Of a stretch of 64,000 bases of DNA, positions 45,101-59,770 are shown piece by piece. The notes beneath the pieces are model-generated. The model did not search any database. It was given only the letters and a program-made list of their open reading frames with translations, and was not told the DNA's origin. Numbering within the stretch: the first letter of the stretch is position 1; the number at the start of each line of letters is the position of its first letter. This DNA comes from Eledone cirrhosa (lineage: Eukaryota), in assembly GCA_964016885.1 (NCBI GenBank), contig OZ024742.1:357988001-358052000 (forward strand), read 5' to 3'. Position numbers and translations under genes: made by a program.

Positions 45101-48100
45101 AGTCAGTATTACCACATAGTGGCTCAACAGTTAAGACAATACTAATCACTAAGTCAGTATTACCACATACTGGCAAACAGATAAGACAATACTAATCACT
45201 GAGTCGGTATTACCACATACTAGCTCAACAGATAAGACAATACTAATCCCTGAATCAGTATTACGATATACAGGCTCAACAGCTAAGACCATACTAATTA
45301 CTGAGTCAGTAGTACCATATAATAACTCAACAGATAAGACCATACTAATCACTGAGTCAGTATTACCACATACTGGGCTCAACAGGTAAGACCATACTAA
45401 TCACTGAGTAAGTATTACCACATACTGGCTCAACAGATAAGACCATACAAATCACTGAGTTAGTCTTACCACATACTGGGCTCAACAGATAAGACCATAC
45501 TAATCACTGAGTCAATATTATCTCATACTGTCTCAACAGATAAGACCATATTAATCATTGAGTCTGTATTACTACATCCTGAACTCAACAAATAGGACCA
45601 TACTAAGCTCTGAATCAGTAGTACCACATACCGGCTCAATAGATAAGAACATACTAATCACTGAGTCATTATTACCACATCCTGGGCTCCACAGATAGGA
45701 CCATGCTAAGCTATGATACAGTAGTACCACATACTGGCTCAACAGATAAGACCATACTAAGCTCTGAGTCAGTAGTGCCACATACTGGCTGAACAGATAA
45801 GACAATACTAACCACTTAATCAGTATTACCACATACTGGCTGAACAGATAAGACCATACTAATCATTGAGTCAGTATTACCACCTACTAGCTCAACAGAT
45901 AACACAATACTAATCACTGAGTCAGTATTACCACAAACAGGCTCAACAGATAAGACCATACTAACCACTTAGTCAGTATTACCACATACTAGCTCAACAG
46001 ATAAGACCATACTAATCACTGAGTCAGTATTACGACATAGTAGCTCAACAGATAAGACCATACTAATCACTGAGTCAGTATTACCACATACTAGCTCAAC
46101 AGATAAGACCATACTAATCACTGAGTCAAAAGTACCACATACTGGCTCAACAGATAAGACCATACTAATCACGGATTCAGTATTACCACATACTGGCTCA
46201 ACAGATAAGACCATACTAATCACTGAGTCATTATTACCACATACTGGCTCAACAGATAAGACCATACTAACCACTGAGTCAGTAGTACCACATACTGGCT
46301 GAATAGATAACACCATACTAATCACTAAGTCAGTATTACCATAAACTAGCTCAACAGATAAGACCATACTAAGCTCTGAGTAAGTAGTACCACATACTGT
46401 CTCAACAGATAAGACCATACTAATCCCTGAGTAAGTAGTACCATATACTGGCTCAACAGATAAGACCATACTAAGGTCTGAGTCAGTATTACCAGATACT
46501 GCCTCACAGATAAGACCATAATAACCACTGAGTCAGTATTACCACATACTAGCTCAATAGATAATACTATACTGATCACTGAGTCAGTATTACCACATAC
46601 TGACTCAACATATAAGACCATACTAATCACTGAGTCAGTATTACCACATAGTAGCTCAGCAGATAAGACAATACTAATCACTGAGTCGGTATTACGACAT
46701 AAGTCTCAACAGCTAAAACCATGCTAATTACTGAGTCAGTAGTACCATATAATAACTCAAAAGATAAGACCATACTAATCACTGAGTCAGTATTACCACA
46801 TACTGGGCTCAACAGATATGACCATACTAATCACTGAATAAGTATTACCACATACTGGCTCAACAGATAAGGCCATACTAATCACTGAGTCAGTATTACC
46901 ACATACTGGGCTCAATAGATAAGACCATACTAATCACTGAGTCAATATTATCACATACTGGCTCAACAGATAAGACCATACTAATCACTGAGTCAGTATT
47001 ACCACATACTAGCTCAACAGATAAGACAATACTAATCACTGAGTCAGTATTACGACATACATGCTCAACAGCTGAGACCATACTAATTACTGAGTCAGTA
47101 GTAGCATATGCTAACTCAACAGATAAGAACATACTAATCACTGAGTCAGTATTACCACATCCTGGACTCAACAGATAGGACCATACTAAGCTCTGAATCA
47201 GTAGTACCACATACTGGGCTCAACAGATAAGACCATACTAATCACTGAGTCAGTATTACCACATCCTGGACTCAACAGATAGGACCATACTAAGCTCTGA
47301 ATCAGTAGTACCACATACTGTCTCAACAGATAAGACCATACTAATCACTGAGTCGTTATTACCACATCCTGGGCCCCACAGATAAGACCATGCTAAGCTC
47401 TGAGTCAGTAGTTCCACATACTGGCTCAAAAGATAAGACCATACTAACCACTGAGTCAATATTACCACATACTGGCTCAACAGAGAAGACCATACTTAGT
47501 TCTGACTAAGTAGTACCATATACTGGCTCAACAGATAAGACAATACTAATCACGGAGACAGTATTACCACATACTGGGCTCAACAGATAAGACCATACTA
47601 ATCACTGAGTCGGAATTACCACATACATTCTCAACAGATAAGACCATACTAATCACTGAGTCAGTATTACGACATACTAGCTCAACAGATAAGACCATAC
47701 TAACCACTGAGTCAGTATTACCACATACAGGCTCAACAGATAACACCATACTAATCACTAAGTCAGTATTACCATATACTGGCTCAACAGAGAAGACCAT
47801 ACTAAGCTCTGACTAAGTAGTACCACATACTGGCTCAACAGATAAGACCATACTAATCTCTGAGTCAGTATTACCACATACTGGCTCAACAGATAAGACC
47901 ATACTAATCACTGAGACAGTATTACCACATACTGGGCTCAACAGATAAGACCTATACTAATCACTGAGTCAATATTACCACATAGTGGCTCAACAGTTAA
48001 GACAATACTAATCACTGAGTCAGTATTACCACATACTGGCTCAACAGATAAGACAATACTAATCACTGAGTCGGTATTACCACATACTAGCTCAACAGAT

Positions 48101-51100
48101 AAGACAATACTAATCACTGAGTCAGTATTACGACATACAGGCTCAACAGCTGAGACCATACTAATTACTGAGTCAGTAGTACCATATACTAACTCAACAT
48201 ATAAGAACATACTAATCACTGAGTCAGTATTACCACATACTAGCTCAAAAGATAAGACCATACTAATCACTGAGTCAGTATTACCAAATACTGGCTCAAC
48301 AGATAAGACCATACTATTCACTGTGTCAGTATTACCACATACAGGCTCAACAGATAAGTCCATACTAATCACTGAGTCAGAATTACCACATACATTCTCA
48401 ACAGATAAGACCATACTAATCACTGAGTCAGTATTACGACATACTAGCTCAACAGATAAGACCATACTAAGGTCTTAGTCAGTATTACCACATACAGGCT
48501 CAAAAGATAACACCATACTAATCACTAAGTCAGTATTACCATATACTGGCTCAACAGAGAAGACCATACTAAGCTCTGACTAAGCAGTACCACATACTGA
48601 CTCAACAGATAAGACCATACTAAGCTCTGAGTCAGTATTACCACATACTGGCTCAACAGATAAGACCATACTAATCACTGAGACAGTATTACCACATACT
48701 GGACTCAACAGATAAGACCATACTAATCACTGAGTCAGTATAACCACATACTGGGCTCAACAGTTAAGACAATACTAATCACTGAGTCAGTATTACCACA
48801 TACTGGCTCAACAGATAAGACCATACTAATCACTGAGTTAGTCTTACCAAATACTGGGCACAACAGATAAGACCATACTAATCACTGAGTCAGAATTACC
48901 ACATTCATTCTCAACAGATAAGACCATACTAATCACTGAGTCAGTATTACGACATACTAGGTCAACAGATAAGACCATACTAACCACTGAGTCAGTATTA
49001 CCACACACAGGCTCAACAGATAACACCATACTAATCACTAAGTCAGTATTACCATATACTGGCTCAACAGAGAAGACCATACTAAGCTCTGACTAAGTAG
49101 TACCATATACTGGCTCAACAGATAAGACCATACTAAGCTCTGAGTCAGTATTACCACGTACTGGCTCAACAGTTAAGACAATACTAATCACTGAGTCAGT
49201 ATTACCACATACTGGCTCAACAGATAAGACGATACTAATCACTGAGTCAGTATTACGACATACAGGCTCAACAGCTGAGACCATATTAATTACCGAGTCA
49301 GTAGTACCATATACTACCTCAACAGATAAGACCATACTAATCACTGAGTCAGTATTACCACATACTGGGCTCAACAGATAAGACCATACTAAGCTCTGAG
49401 TCAGTATTACCACATACTGGCACAACAGATAAGACCATACTAATCACTGAGACAGTATTACCACATACTGGGCTCAACAGATAAGACCATACTAATCACT
49501 GAGTCAGTATTACCACATAGTGGCTCAACAGTTAAGACAATACTAATCACTGAGTCAGTATTACCACATACTGGCTCAGCAGATAAGACCATACTAATCA
49601 CTGAGTCAGTATTACGACATACAGGCTCAACAGCTGAGACCATACTAATTACCGAGTCAGTAGTACCATATACTAACTCAACAGATAAGACCATACTAAT
49701 CACTGAGTCAGTATTACCACATACTGGGCTCAACAGATAAGACCATACTAATCACTGAGTAAGTATTACCACATACTGGCTCAACAGATAAGACCATACT
49801 AATCACTGAGTTAGTCTTACCACATACTGGGCTCAACAGATAAGACCATACTAATCACTGAGTCAATATAATCACATACTGTCTCAACAGATAAGACCAT
49901 AATAATCACTGAGTCAGTATTACCACATACTGGCTCAACAGATAAGACCATATTAATCATTGAGTCAGTATTACCACATCCTGGACTCAACAGATAGGAC
50001 CATACTAAGCTCTGAATCAGTAGTACCACATACTGGCTGAACAGATAAGGCTATACTAACCACTGAGTCAGTATTACCACATACTGGCTCAACAGATAAG
50101 ACCATACTAATCACTGAGTCATTATTACCACATCCTGGGCTCCACAGATAGGACCATGCTAAGCTCTGAATCAGTAGTACCACATACAGCCTCAACAGAT
50201 AAGACCATACTAAGCTCTGAGTCAGTAGTACAACATACTGGCTGAACAGATAAGGCTATACTAACCACTGAGTCAGTATTACGACATACTAGCTCAACAG
50301 ATAAGACCATACTAATCACTGAATCAGTATTACCACATACTGGCTCAACAGATAAGACCATACTAATCACTTATTCAGTATTACCACATACATTCTCAAC
50401 AGATAAGACCATACTAATCACTGAGTCTGTATTACCACATACAGGCTCAACAGATAAGACCATACTAATCACTGAGTCAGTATTACCACATACATTCTCA
50501 ACAGATAAGACCATACTAATCACTGAGTCAGTATTACTACATACTAGCTCAACAGATAAGACCAAACTAACCACTGAGTCAGTATTACCACATACAGGCT
50601 CAACAGATAACACCATACTAATCATTAAGACAGTTTTACCATATACTGGCTCAACAGAGAAGACCATACTTAGTTCTGACTAAGTAGTACCACATACTGT
50701 CTCAACAGATAAGACAATACTAATCACTGAGACAGTATTACCACAAACTGGGCACAACAGATAAGACCATACTAATCACTGAGTCAGAATTACCACATAC
50801 ATTCTCAACAGATAAGACCATACTAATCACTGAGTCAGTATTACTACATACTAGCTCAACAGATAAGACCAAACTAACCACTGAGTCAGTATTACCACAT
50901 ACAGGCTCAACAGATAACACCATACCAATCACTAAGTCAGTATTACCATATACTGGCTCAACAGAGAACACCATACTAAGCTCTGACTAAGTAGTACCAC
51001 ATACTGGCTCAACAGATAAGACCATACTAAGCTCTGAGTCAGTATTACCACATACTGGCACAACAGATAAGACCATACTAATCACTGAGACAGTATTAAC

Positions 51101-54100
51101 ACATACTGGGCTCAACAGATAAGACCATACTAATCACTGAGTCAGTATTACCACATAGTGGCTCAACAGTTAAGACAATACTAATCACTGAGTCAGTATT
51201 ACCACATACTGGCTCAACAGATAAGACAATACTAATCACTGAGTCGGTATTACCACATACTAGCTCAACAGATAAGACAATACTAATCACTGAGTCAGTA
51301 TTACGACATACAGGCTCAACAGCTGAGACCATACTAATTACTGAGTCAGTAGTACCATATACTAACTCAACAGATAATAATATACTAATCACTGAGTAAG
51401 TATTACAACATAATGGCTCAACAGATAATACCATACTAATCACTGAGTTATTCTTACCACATACTGGGCTAAACGGATAAGACCATAGTAATCACTGAGT
51501 CAATATTATCTCATACTGTCTCAACAGATAAGACCATACAAATCACTGAGTCAGTATTACCACATACTGGCTCAACAGATAAGACCATATTAATCATTGA
51601 GTCAGTATTACCACATCCTGGACTCAACAAATAGGACCATACTAAGCTCTGAATCAGTAGTACCACATACTGGCTCAACAGATAAGACCATACTAAGCTC
51701 TGAGTCAGTAGTACCACATACTGGCTGAACAGATAAGACCATACTAACCACTGAGTCAGTATTACCACATATTGGCACAACAGATAAGACCATACTAATG
51801 ACTGAGTCGGTATTACCACATACTAGCTCAACAGATAAGACCATACTAATAACTGAGTCAGTATTACGACATACTAGATCCACAGATAAGACCATACTAA
51901 TCACTGAGTCAGTATTACCACATACTAGCTCAACAAATAAGACCATACTAATCACTGAGTCAGTAGTACCACATACTGGCTCAACAGATAAGACCATACT
52001 CATCACGGATTCAGTATTACCACATACTGGGCTCAACAGATAAGACCATACTAATCACTGAGTCATTATTACCACATACTGGCTCAACAGATAAGACCAT
52101 GCTAACCACTGAGTCCGTAGTACCACATACTGGCTGAACAGATAATATCATACTAACCACTGAGTCAGTATTACCATATACTGGCTCCACAGATAAGACC
52201 ATACTAACCACTGAGTCAGTATTACCACATACTGGCTCAAAGGATAAGACCATACTATGCTCTGAGTAAGTAGTACCACATACTGGCTCAACAGATAAGA
52301 CCATACTAATCCCTGAGTAAGTAGTACCATATACTGGCTCAACAGATAAGACCATACTAAGGTCTGAGTCAGTATTACCAGAGACTGCCTCAACAGATAA
52401 GACCATACTAATCACTGAGTCAGTATTAAAAGATACTGGCTCAACAGATAAGACCATAATAACCACTGAGTCAGTATTACCACATACTAGCTCAACAGAT
52501 AATAATATACTGATCACTGAGTCAGTATTACCACATACTGACTCAACAGATAAGACCATACTAATCACTGAGTCAGTATTACGACATACAGTCTCAACAG
52601 CTAAGACCATGCTAATTACTGAGTCAGTAGTATCATATAATAACTCAACAGATAAGACCATACTAATCACTGAGTCAGTATTACCACATACTGGGCTCAA
52701 CAGATAAGACCATACTAATCACTGAGTCAGTATTACGATATACAGGCTCATCAGATAAAACCATACTAATCACTGACTCAGTATTACCACATACTGACTC
52801 AAAAGATGAGACCATACTAATCACTGAGTAAGTATTACCACATATTGGCTCAACAGATAAGACCATACTAATGTTGGAGTCGGTATTACCACACACTAGC
52901 TCAACAGATAAGACCATACTAATCACTGAGTCAGTATTACGACATACTAGCTCAACAGATAAGATCATACTAATCACTGAGTCAGTATTACCACATACTA
53001 GCTCAACAGATAAGACCATACTAATTACTGAGTCAGTAGTACCACATACTGGCTCAACAGATAAAACCATACTAATCACGGATTCAGTATTACCACATAC
53101 TGGGCTCAACAGATAAGACCATACTAATCACTGAGTCATTATTACCACATACTGGCTCAACAGATAAGACCATACTAACCACTGAGTCAGTAGTACCACA
53201 TACTGGCTGAACAGATAAGATCATACTAACCACTGAGTCAGTATTACCATATACTGGCTCAACAGATAAGACCATACTAACCACTGAGTCAGTATTACCA
53301 CATACTGGCTCAAAGGATGAGACCATACTATGCTCTGAGTAAGTAGTACCACATACTGGCTCAACAGATAAGACCATACTAATTCCTGAGTAAGTAGTAC
53401 CATATACTGGCTCAACAGATAAGACCATACTAAGGTCTGAGTCAGTATTACCAGATACTGCCTCAACAGATAAGACCATACTAATCACTGAGTTAGTATT
53501 AAAAGATACTGGCTCAACAGATAAGACCATAATAACCACTGAGTCAGTATTACGACATACTAGCTCAACAGATAATACTATACTGATCACTGAGTCAGCA
53601 TTACCACATACTGACTCAACAGATAAGACCATACTAATCACTGAGTCAGTATTACGACATACAATCTCAACAGCTAAGACCATGCTAATTACTGAGTCAG
53701 TAGTATCATATAATAACTCAACAGGTAAGACCATGCTAATCACTGAGTCAGTATTACCACATACTGGGCTCAACAGATAAGACCATACTAATCACTGAGT
53801 AAGTATTACCACATACTGGCTCAACAGATAAGGCCATACTAATCACTGAGTCAGTATTACCACATACTGGCTCAACAGATAAGACCATACTAATCACTGA
53901 GTCAGTATTGCGACATACTAGCTCAAAAGATAAGACCATACTAATCTCTGAGTCAGTATTACCAAACAATGGCTCAACAGATAAGACCATATTAATCACT
54001 GAGTCAGTATTACCACATACAGGCTCAACAGATAAGACCATACTAATCACTGAGTCAGAATTACCACATACATTCTCAACAGATAAGACCATACTAACCA

Positions 54101-56519
54101 CTGAGTCATTATTACCACATACAGGCTCAACAGATAACACCATACTAATCACTAAGTCAGTATTACCATATTCTGGCTCAACAGAGAAGACCATACTAAG
54201 CTCTGACTAAGTAGTACCACATACTGGCTCAACAGATAAGACCATACTAAGCCTGAGTCAGTATTACCACATACTGGCTCAACAGATAAGACCATACTAA
54301 TCACCGAGACAGTATTACCACATACTGGGCTCAACAGATAAGACCATACTAATCACTGAGTCAGTATTACCACAGAGTGGCTCAACAGTTAAGACAATAC
54401 TAATCACTGAGTCAGTATTACCACATACTGGCTCAACAGATAAGACAATACTAATCACTGAGTCGGTATTACCACATACTAGCTCAACAGATGAGACAAT
54501 ACTAATCACTGAGTCAGTATTACGACATACAGGCTCAACAGCTGAGACAATACTAATTACTGAGTCAGTAGTACCATATACTAACTAAACAGATAAGAAC
54601 ATACTAATCCCTGAGTCAGTATTACCACATACTGGGCTCAACAGATAAGACCATACCAATCACTGAGTCAGTAGTACCATATACTAACTCAACAGATAAG
54701 AACATACTAATCACTGAGTCAGTATTACCACATACTGGGCTCAACAGATAAGACCATACTAATCACTGAGTCAATATTATCTCATACTGTCTCAACAGAT
54801 AAAACGATACTAATCACTGAGTCAGTATTACCACATACTGGCTCAACAGATAAGACCATATTAATCATTGAGTCAGTATTACCACATCCTGGACTCAACA
54901 GATAAGACCATACTAATCACTGAGTCATTATTACCACATCCTGGGCTCCACAGATAGGACCATGCTAAGCTCTGAGTCAGTATTACCACATACTGGCTGA
55001 ACAGATAAGACCATACTAATCACTAAGTCAATATTACCACATACTAGCTCAAAAGATAACACAATACTAATCACTGAGTCAGTATTACCACATACATGCT
55101 CAACAGATAAGACCATACTAATCACTGAGTCAGTATTACGACATACAGGCTCAACAGATAAGACCATACTAATCACTGAGTCAGTATTACCACATACTGA
55201 CTCAAAAGATGAGACCATACTAATCACTGAGTAAGTATTACCACATATTGGCTCAACAGATAAGACCATACTAATGATGGAGTCCGTATTACCACACACT
55301 AGCTCAACAGATAAGACCATACTAATCACTGAGTCAGTATTACGACATACTAGCTCAACAGATAAGATCATACTAATCACTGAGTCAGTATTACCACATA
55401 CTAGCTCAACAGATAAGACCATTAGAAGCTCTGAGTCAGTAGTACCACATACTGGCTCAACAGATAAAACCATACTATTCACGGATTCGGTATTACCACA
55501 TACTGGGCTCAACAGATAAGACCATACTAATCACTGAGTCATTATTACCACATACTGGCTCAACAGATAAGACCATACTAACCACTGAGTCAGTAGTACC
55601 ACATAATGGCTGAACAGATAAGATCATACTAACCACTGAGTCAGTATTACCATATACTGGCTCAACAGATAAGACCATACTAACCACTGAGTCAGTATTA
55701 CCACATACTGGCTCAACAGATAAGACCATACTAAGCTCCGAGTAAGTAGTACCACATACTGGCTCAACAGATAAGACCATACTAATCCCTGAGTAAGTAG
55801 TACAATATACTGGCTCAACAGATAAGACCACACTAAGGTCTGAGTCAGTATTTCCAGATACTGCCTCAACAGATAAGACCATACTAATCACTGAATCAGT
55901 ATTACAAGATACTGGCTCAACAGATAAGACCATAATAACCACTGAGTCAGTATTACCACATACTAGCTCAACTGATAATACTATACTGATCACTGAGTCA
56001 GTAGTACCATATAATAACTCAACAGATAAGACCATACTAATCACTGAGTCAGTATTACCACATACTGGGCTCAACAGATAAGGCCATACTTATCACTGAG
56101 TCAGTATTACCACATACTGGGCTCAATAGATAAGACCATACTAATCACTGAGTCAATATTATCACATACTGGCTCAACAGATAAGACCATACTAATCAAT
56201 GAGTCAGTATTACGACATACTAGCTCAAAAGATAAGACCTACTAATCACTGAGTCAGTATTACCAAATACTGGCTCAACAGATAAGACCATACTAATCAC
56301 TGAGTCAGTATTACCACATACAGGCTCAACAGATAAGACCATACTAATCACTGAGTCAGAATTACCACATACATTCTCAACAGATAAGACCATACTAATC
56401 ACTGAGTCAGTATTACGACATACTAGCTCAACAGATAAGACCATACTAAGGTCTGAGTCAGTATTACCACATACAGGCTCAACAGATAACACCATACTAA
56501 TCACTAAGTCAGTATTACC

Positions 56520-58730
56520 ATATACTGGCGCAACAGAGAAGACCATACTAAGCTCTCACTAAGTAGTACCAGATACTGGCTCAACAGATAAGACCATACT
56601 AAGCTCTGATTCAGTATTACCACATACTGGCTCAACAGATAAGACCATACTAATCACTGAGACAGTATTACCACATCCTGGGCTCAACAGATAAGACCAT
56701 ACTAATCACTGAGTCAGTATTACCACATACTAGGCTCAACAGATAAGACCATACTAATCACTGAGTAAGTATTACCACATACTGGCTCAACAGATAAAAC
56801 CATACTAATCACTGAGTTAGTCTTACCACATACTGGGCTCAACAGATAAGACCATACTAATCACTGAGTCAATATCATCACATACTGTCTCAACAGATAA
56901 GACCATACTAATCACTGAGTCAGTATTACCACATCCTGGACTCAACAGATAGGACCATACTAAGCTCTGAATCAGTAGTACCACATACTGGCTCAACAGA
57001 TAAGACCATACTAATCACTGAGTCATTATTACCACATCCAGGGCTCCACAGATAGCACCATGCTAAGCTCTGAATCAGTAGTACCACATACTGGCTCAAC
57101 AGATAAGATCATACTAAGCTCTGAGTCAGTAGTACCACATACTGGCTGAACAGATAAGGCCATACTAACCACTGAGTCAGTATTACGACATACTAGCTCA
57201 AAAGATAAGACCATACTAATCACTGAGTCAGTACTACCACATACTGGCTCAACAGATAAGACCATACTAATCACTGAGTCAGTATTACCACATACATTCT
57301 CAACAGATAAGACCATACTAATCACTGAGTCAGTATTACCACATACAGGCTCAACAGATAAGACCATACTAATCACTGAGTCAGTATTACCACATACATT
57401 TTCAACAGATAAGACCATACTAATCACTGAGTCAGTATTACTACATACTAGCTCCACAGATAAGACCATACTAACCACTGAGTCAGTATTACCACATACA
57501 GGTTCAACAGATAACACCATACTAATCACTAAGTCACTATTACCATATACTGGCTCAACAGAGAAGACCATACTAAGCTCTGACTAAGTAGTACCACATA
57601 CTGGCTCAACAGATAAGACCATACTAAGCTCTGAGTCAGTATTACCACATACTGAGTGAACAGATAAGACCATACTAATCACTGAGACAGTATTACCACA
57701 TCCTGGGCTCAACAGATAAGACCATACTAATTACTGAGTCAGTATTACCACATACTAGGCTCAACAGATAAGACCATACTAATCACTGAGTAAGTATTAC
57801 CACATACTGGCTCAACAGATAAAACCATACTAATCACTGAGTTAGTCTTACCACATACTGGGCTCAACAGATAAGACCATACTAATCACTGAGTCAATAT
57901 CATCACATACTGTCTCAACAGATAAGACCATACTAATCACTGAGTCAGTATTACCACATCCTGGACTCAACAGATAGGACCATACTAAGCTCTGAATCAG
58001 TAGTACCACATACTGGCTCAACAGATAAGACCATACTAATCACTGAGTCATTATTACCACATCCAGGGCTCCACAGATAGCACCATGCTAAGCTCTGAAT
58101 CAGTAGTACCACATACTGGCTCAACAGATAAGATCATACTAAGCTCTGAGTCAGTAGTACCACATACTGGCTGAACAGATAAGGCCATACTAACCACTGA
58201 GTCAGTATTACGACATACTAGCTCAACAGATAAGACCATACTAATCACTGAGTCAGTACTACCACATACTGGCTCAACAGATAAGACCATACTAATCACT
58301 GAGTCAGTATTACCACATACATTCTCAACAGATAAGACCATACTAATCACTGAGTCAGTATTACCACATACAGGCTCAACAGATAAGACCATACTAATCA
58401 CTGAGTCAGTATTACCACATACATTTTCAACAGATAAGACCATACTAATCACTGAGTCAGTATTACTACATACTAGCTCCACAGATAAGACCATACTAAC
58501 CACTGAGTCAGTATTACCACATACAGGTTCAACAGATAACACCATACTAATCACTAAGTCACTATTACCATATACTGGCTCAACAGAGAAGACCATACTA
58601 AGCTCTGACTAAGTAGTACCACATACTGGCTCAACAGATAAGACCATACTAAGCTCTGAGTCAGTATTACCACATACTGACTGAACAGATAAGACCATAC
58701 TAATCACTGAGACAGTATTACCACATACTG
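56520..58730. repeat. 20-unit (1025-bp) tandem duplication, about 2.1 copies
   Basis: GAGAAGACC landmark at 56536, 57561 and 58586; ORFs 57029/58054. Confidence 0.92.
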
Positions 58731-59460
58731 GGCTCAACAGATAATACCATACTAATCACTGAGTCAGTATTACCACATAGAGGCTCAACAGTTAAGACAA
58801 TACTAATCACTGAGTCAGTATTACCTCATACTGGCTCAACAGATAAGACAATACTAATCACTGAGTCGGTATTACCACATACTAGCTCAACAGATAAGAC
58901 AATACTAATCACTGAGTCAGTATTACGACATACAGGCTCAACAGCTGAGACCATACTAATTACTGAGTCAGTAGTACCATATACTAACTCAACAGATAAG
59001 ACCATACTAATCACTGAGTAAGTATTACCACATACTGGCTCAACAGATAAGACCATACTAATCACTGAGTTAGTCTTACCACATCCTGGGCTCAACAGAT
59101 AAGACCATACTAATCACTGAGTCAATATCATCACATACTGTCTCAACAGATAAGACCATACTAATCACTGAGTCAGTATTACCACATACTGTCTCAACAG
59201 ATAAGACCATATTAATCATTGAGTCAGTATTACCACATCCTGGACTCAACAGATAGGACCATACTAAGCTTTTAATCAGTAGTACCACATACTGGCTCAA
59301 CAGATAAGATCATACTAATCACTGAGTCATTATTACCACATCCTGGGCTCCACAGATAGCACCATGCTAAGCTCTGAATCAGTAGTACCACATACTGGCT
59401 CAACAGATAAGACCATACTAAGCTCTGAGTCAGTAGTACCACATACTGGCTGAACAGATA

Positions 59461-59770
59461 AGGCCATACTAACCACTGAGTAAGTAGTACCATATACTGG
59501 CTCAACAGATAAGACCATACTAACCACTGAGTCAGTAGTACCACATACTGGCTGAACAGATAAGATCATACTAACCACTGAGTAAGTAGTACCATATACT
59601 GGCTCAACAGATAAGACCATACTAACCACTGAGTCAGTAGTACCACATACTGGCTCAACAAATAAGACCATACTAACCACTGAGTAAGTAGTACCATATA
59701 CTGGCTCAACAGATAAGACCATACTAACCACTGAGTCAGTAGTACCACATACTGGCTGAACAGATAAGAT
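59461..59770. repeat. 2-unit (102-bp) alternation, about 3 copies
   Basis: Units with GAGTAAGTAGTACCATAT alternate with GAGTCAGTAGTACCACAT, all carrying the AACCACT allele. Confidence 0.85.
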
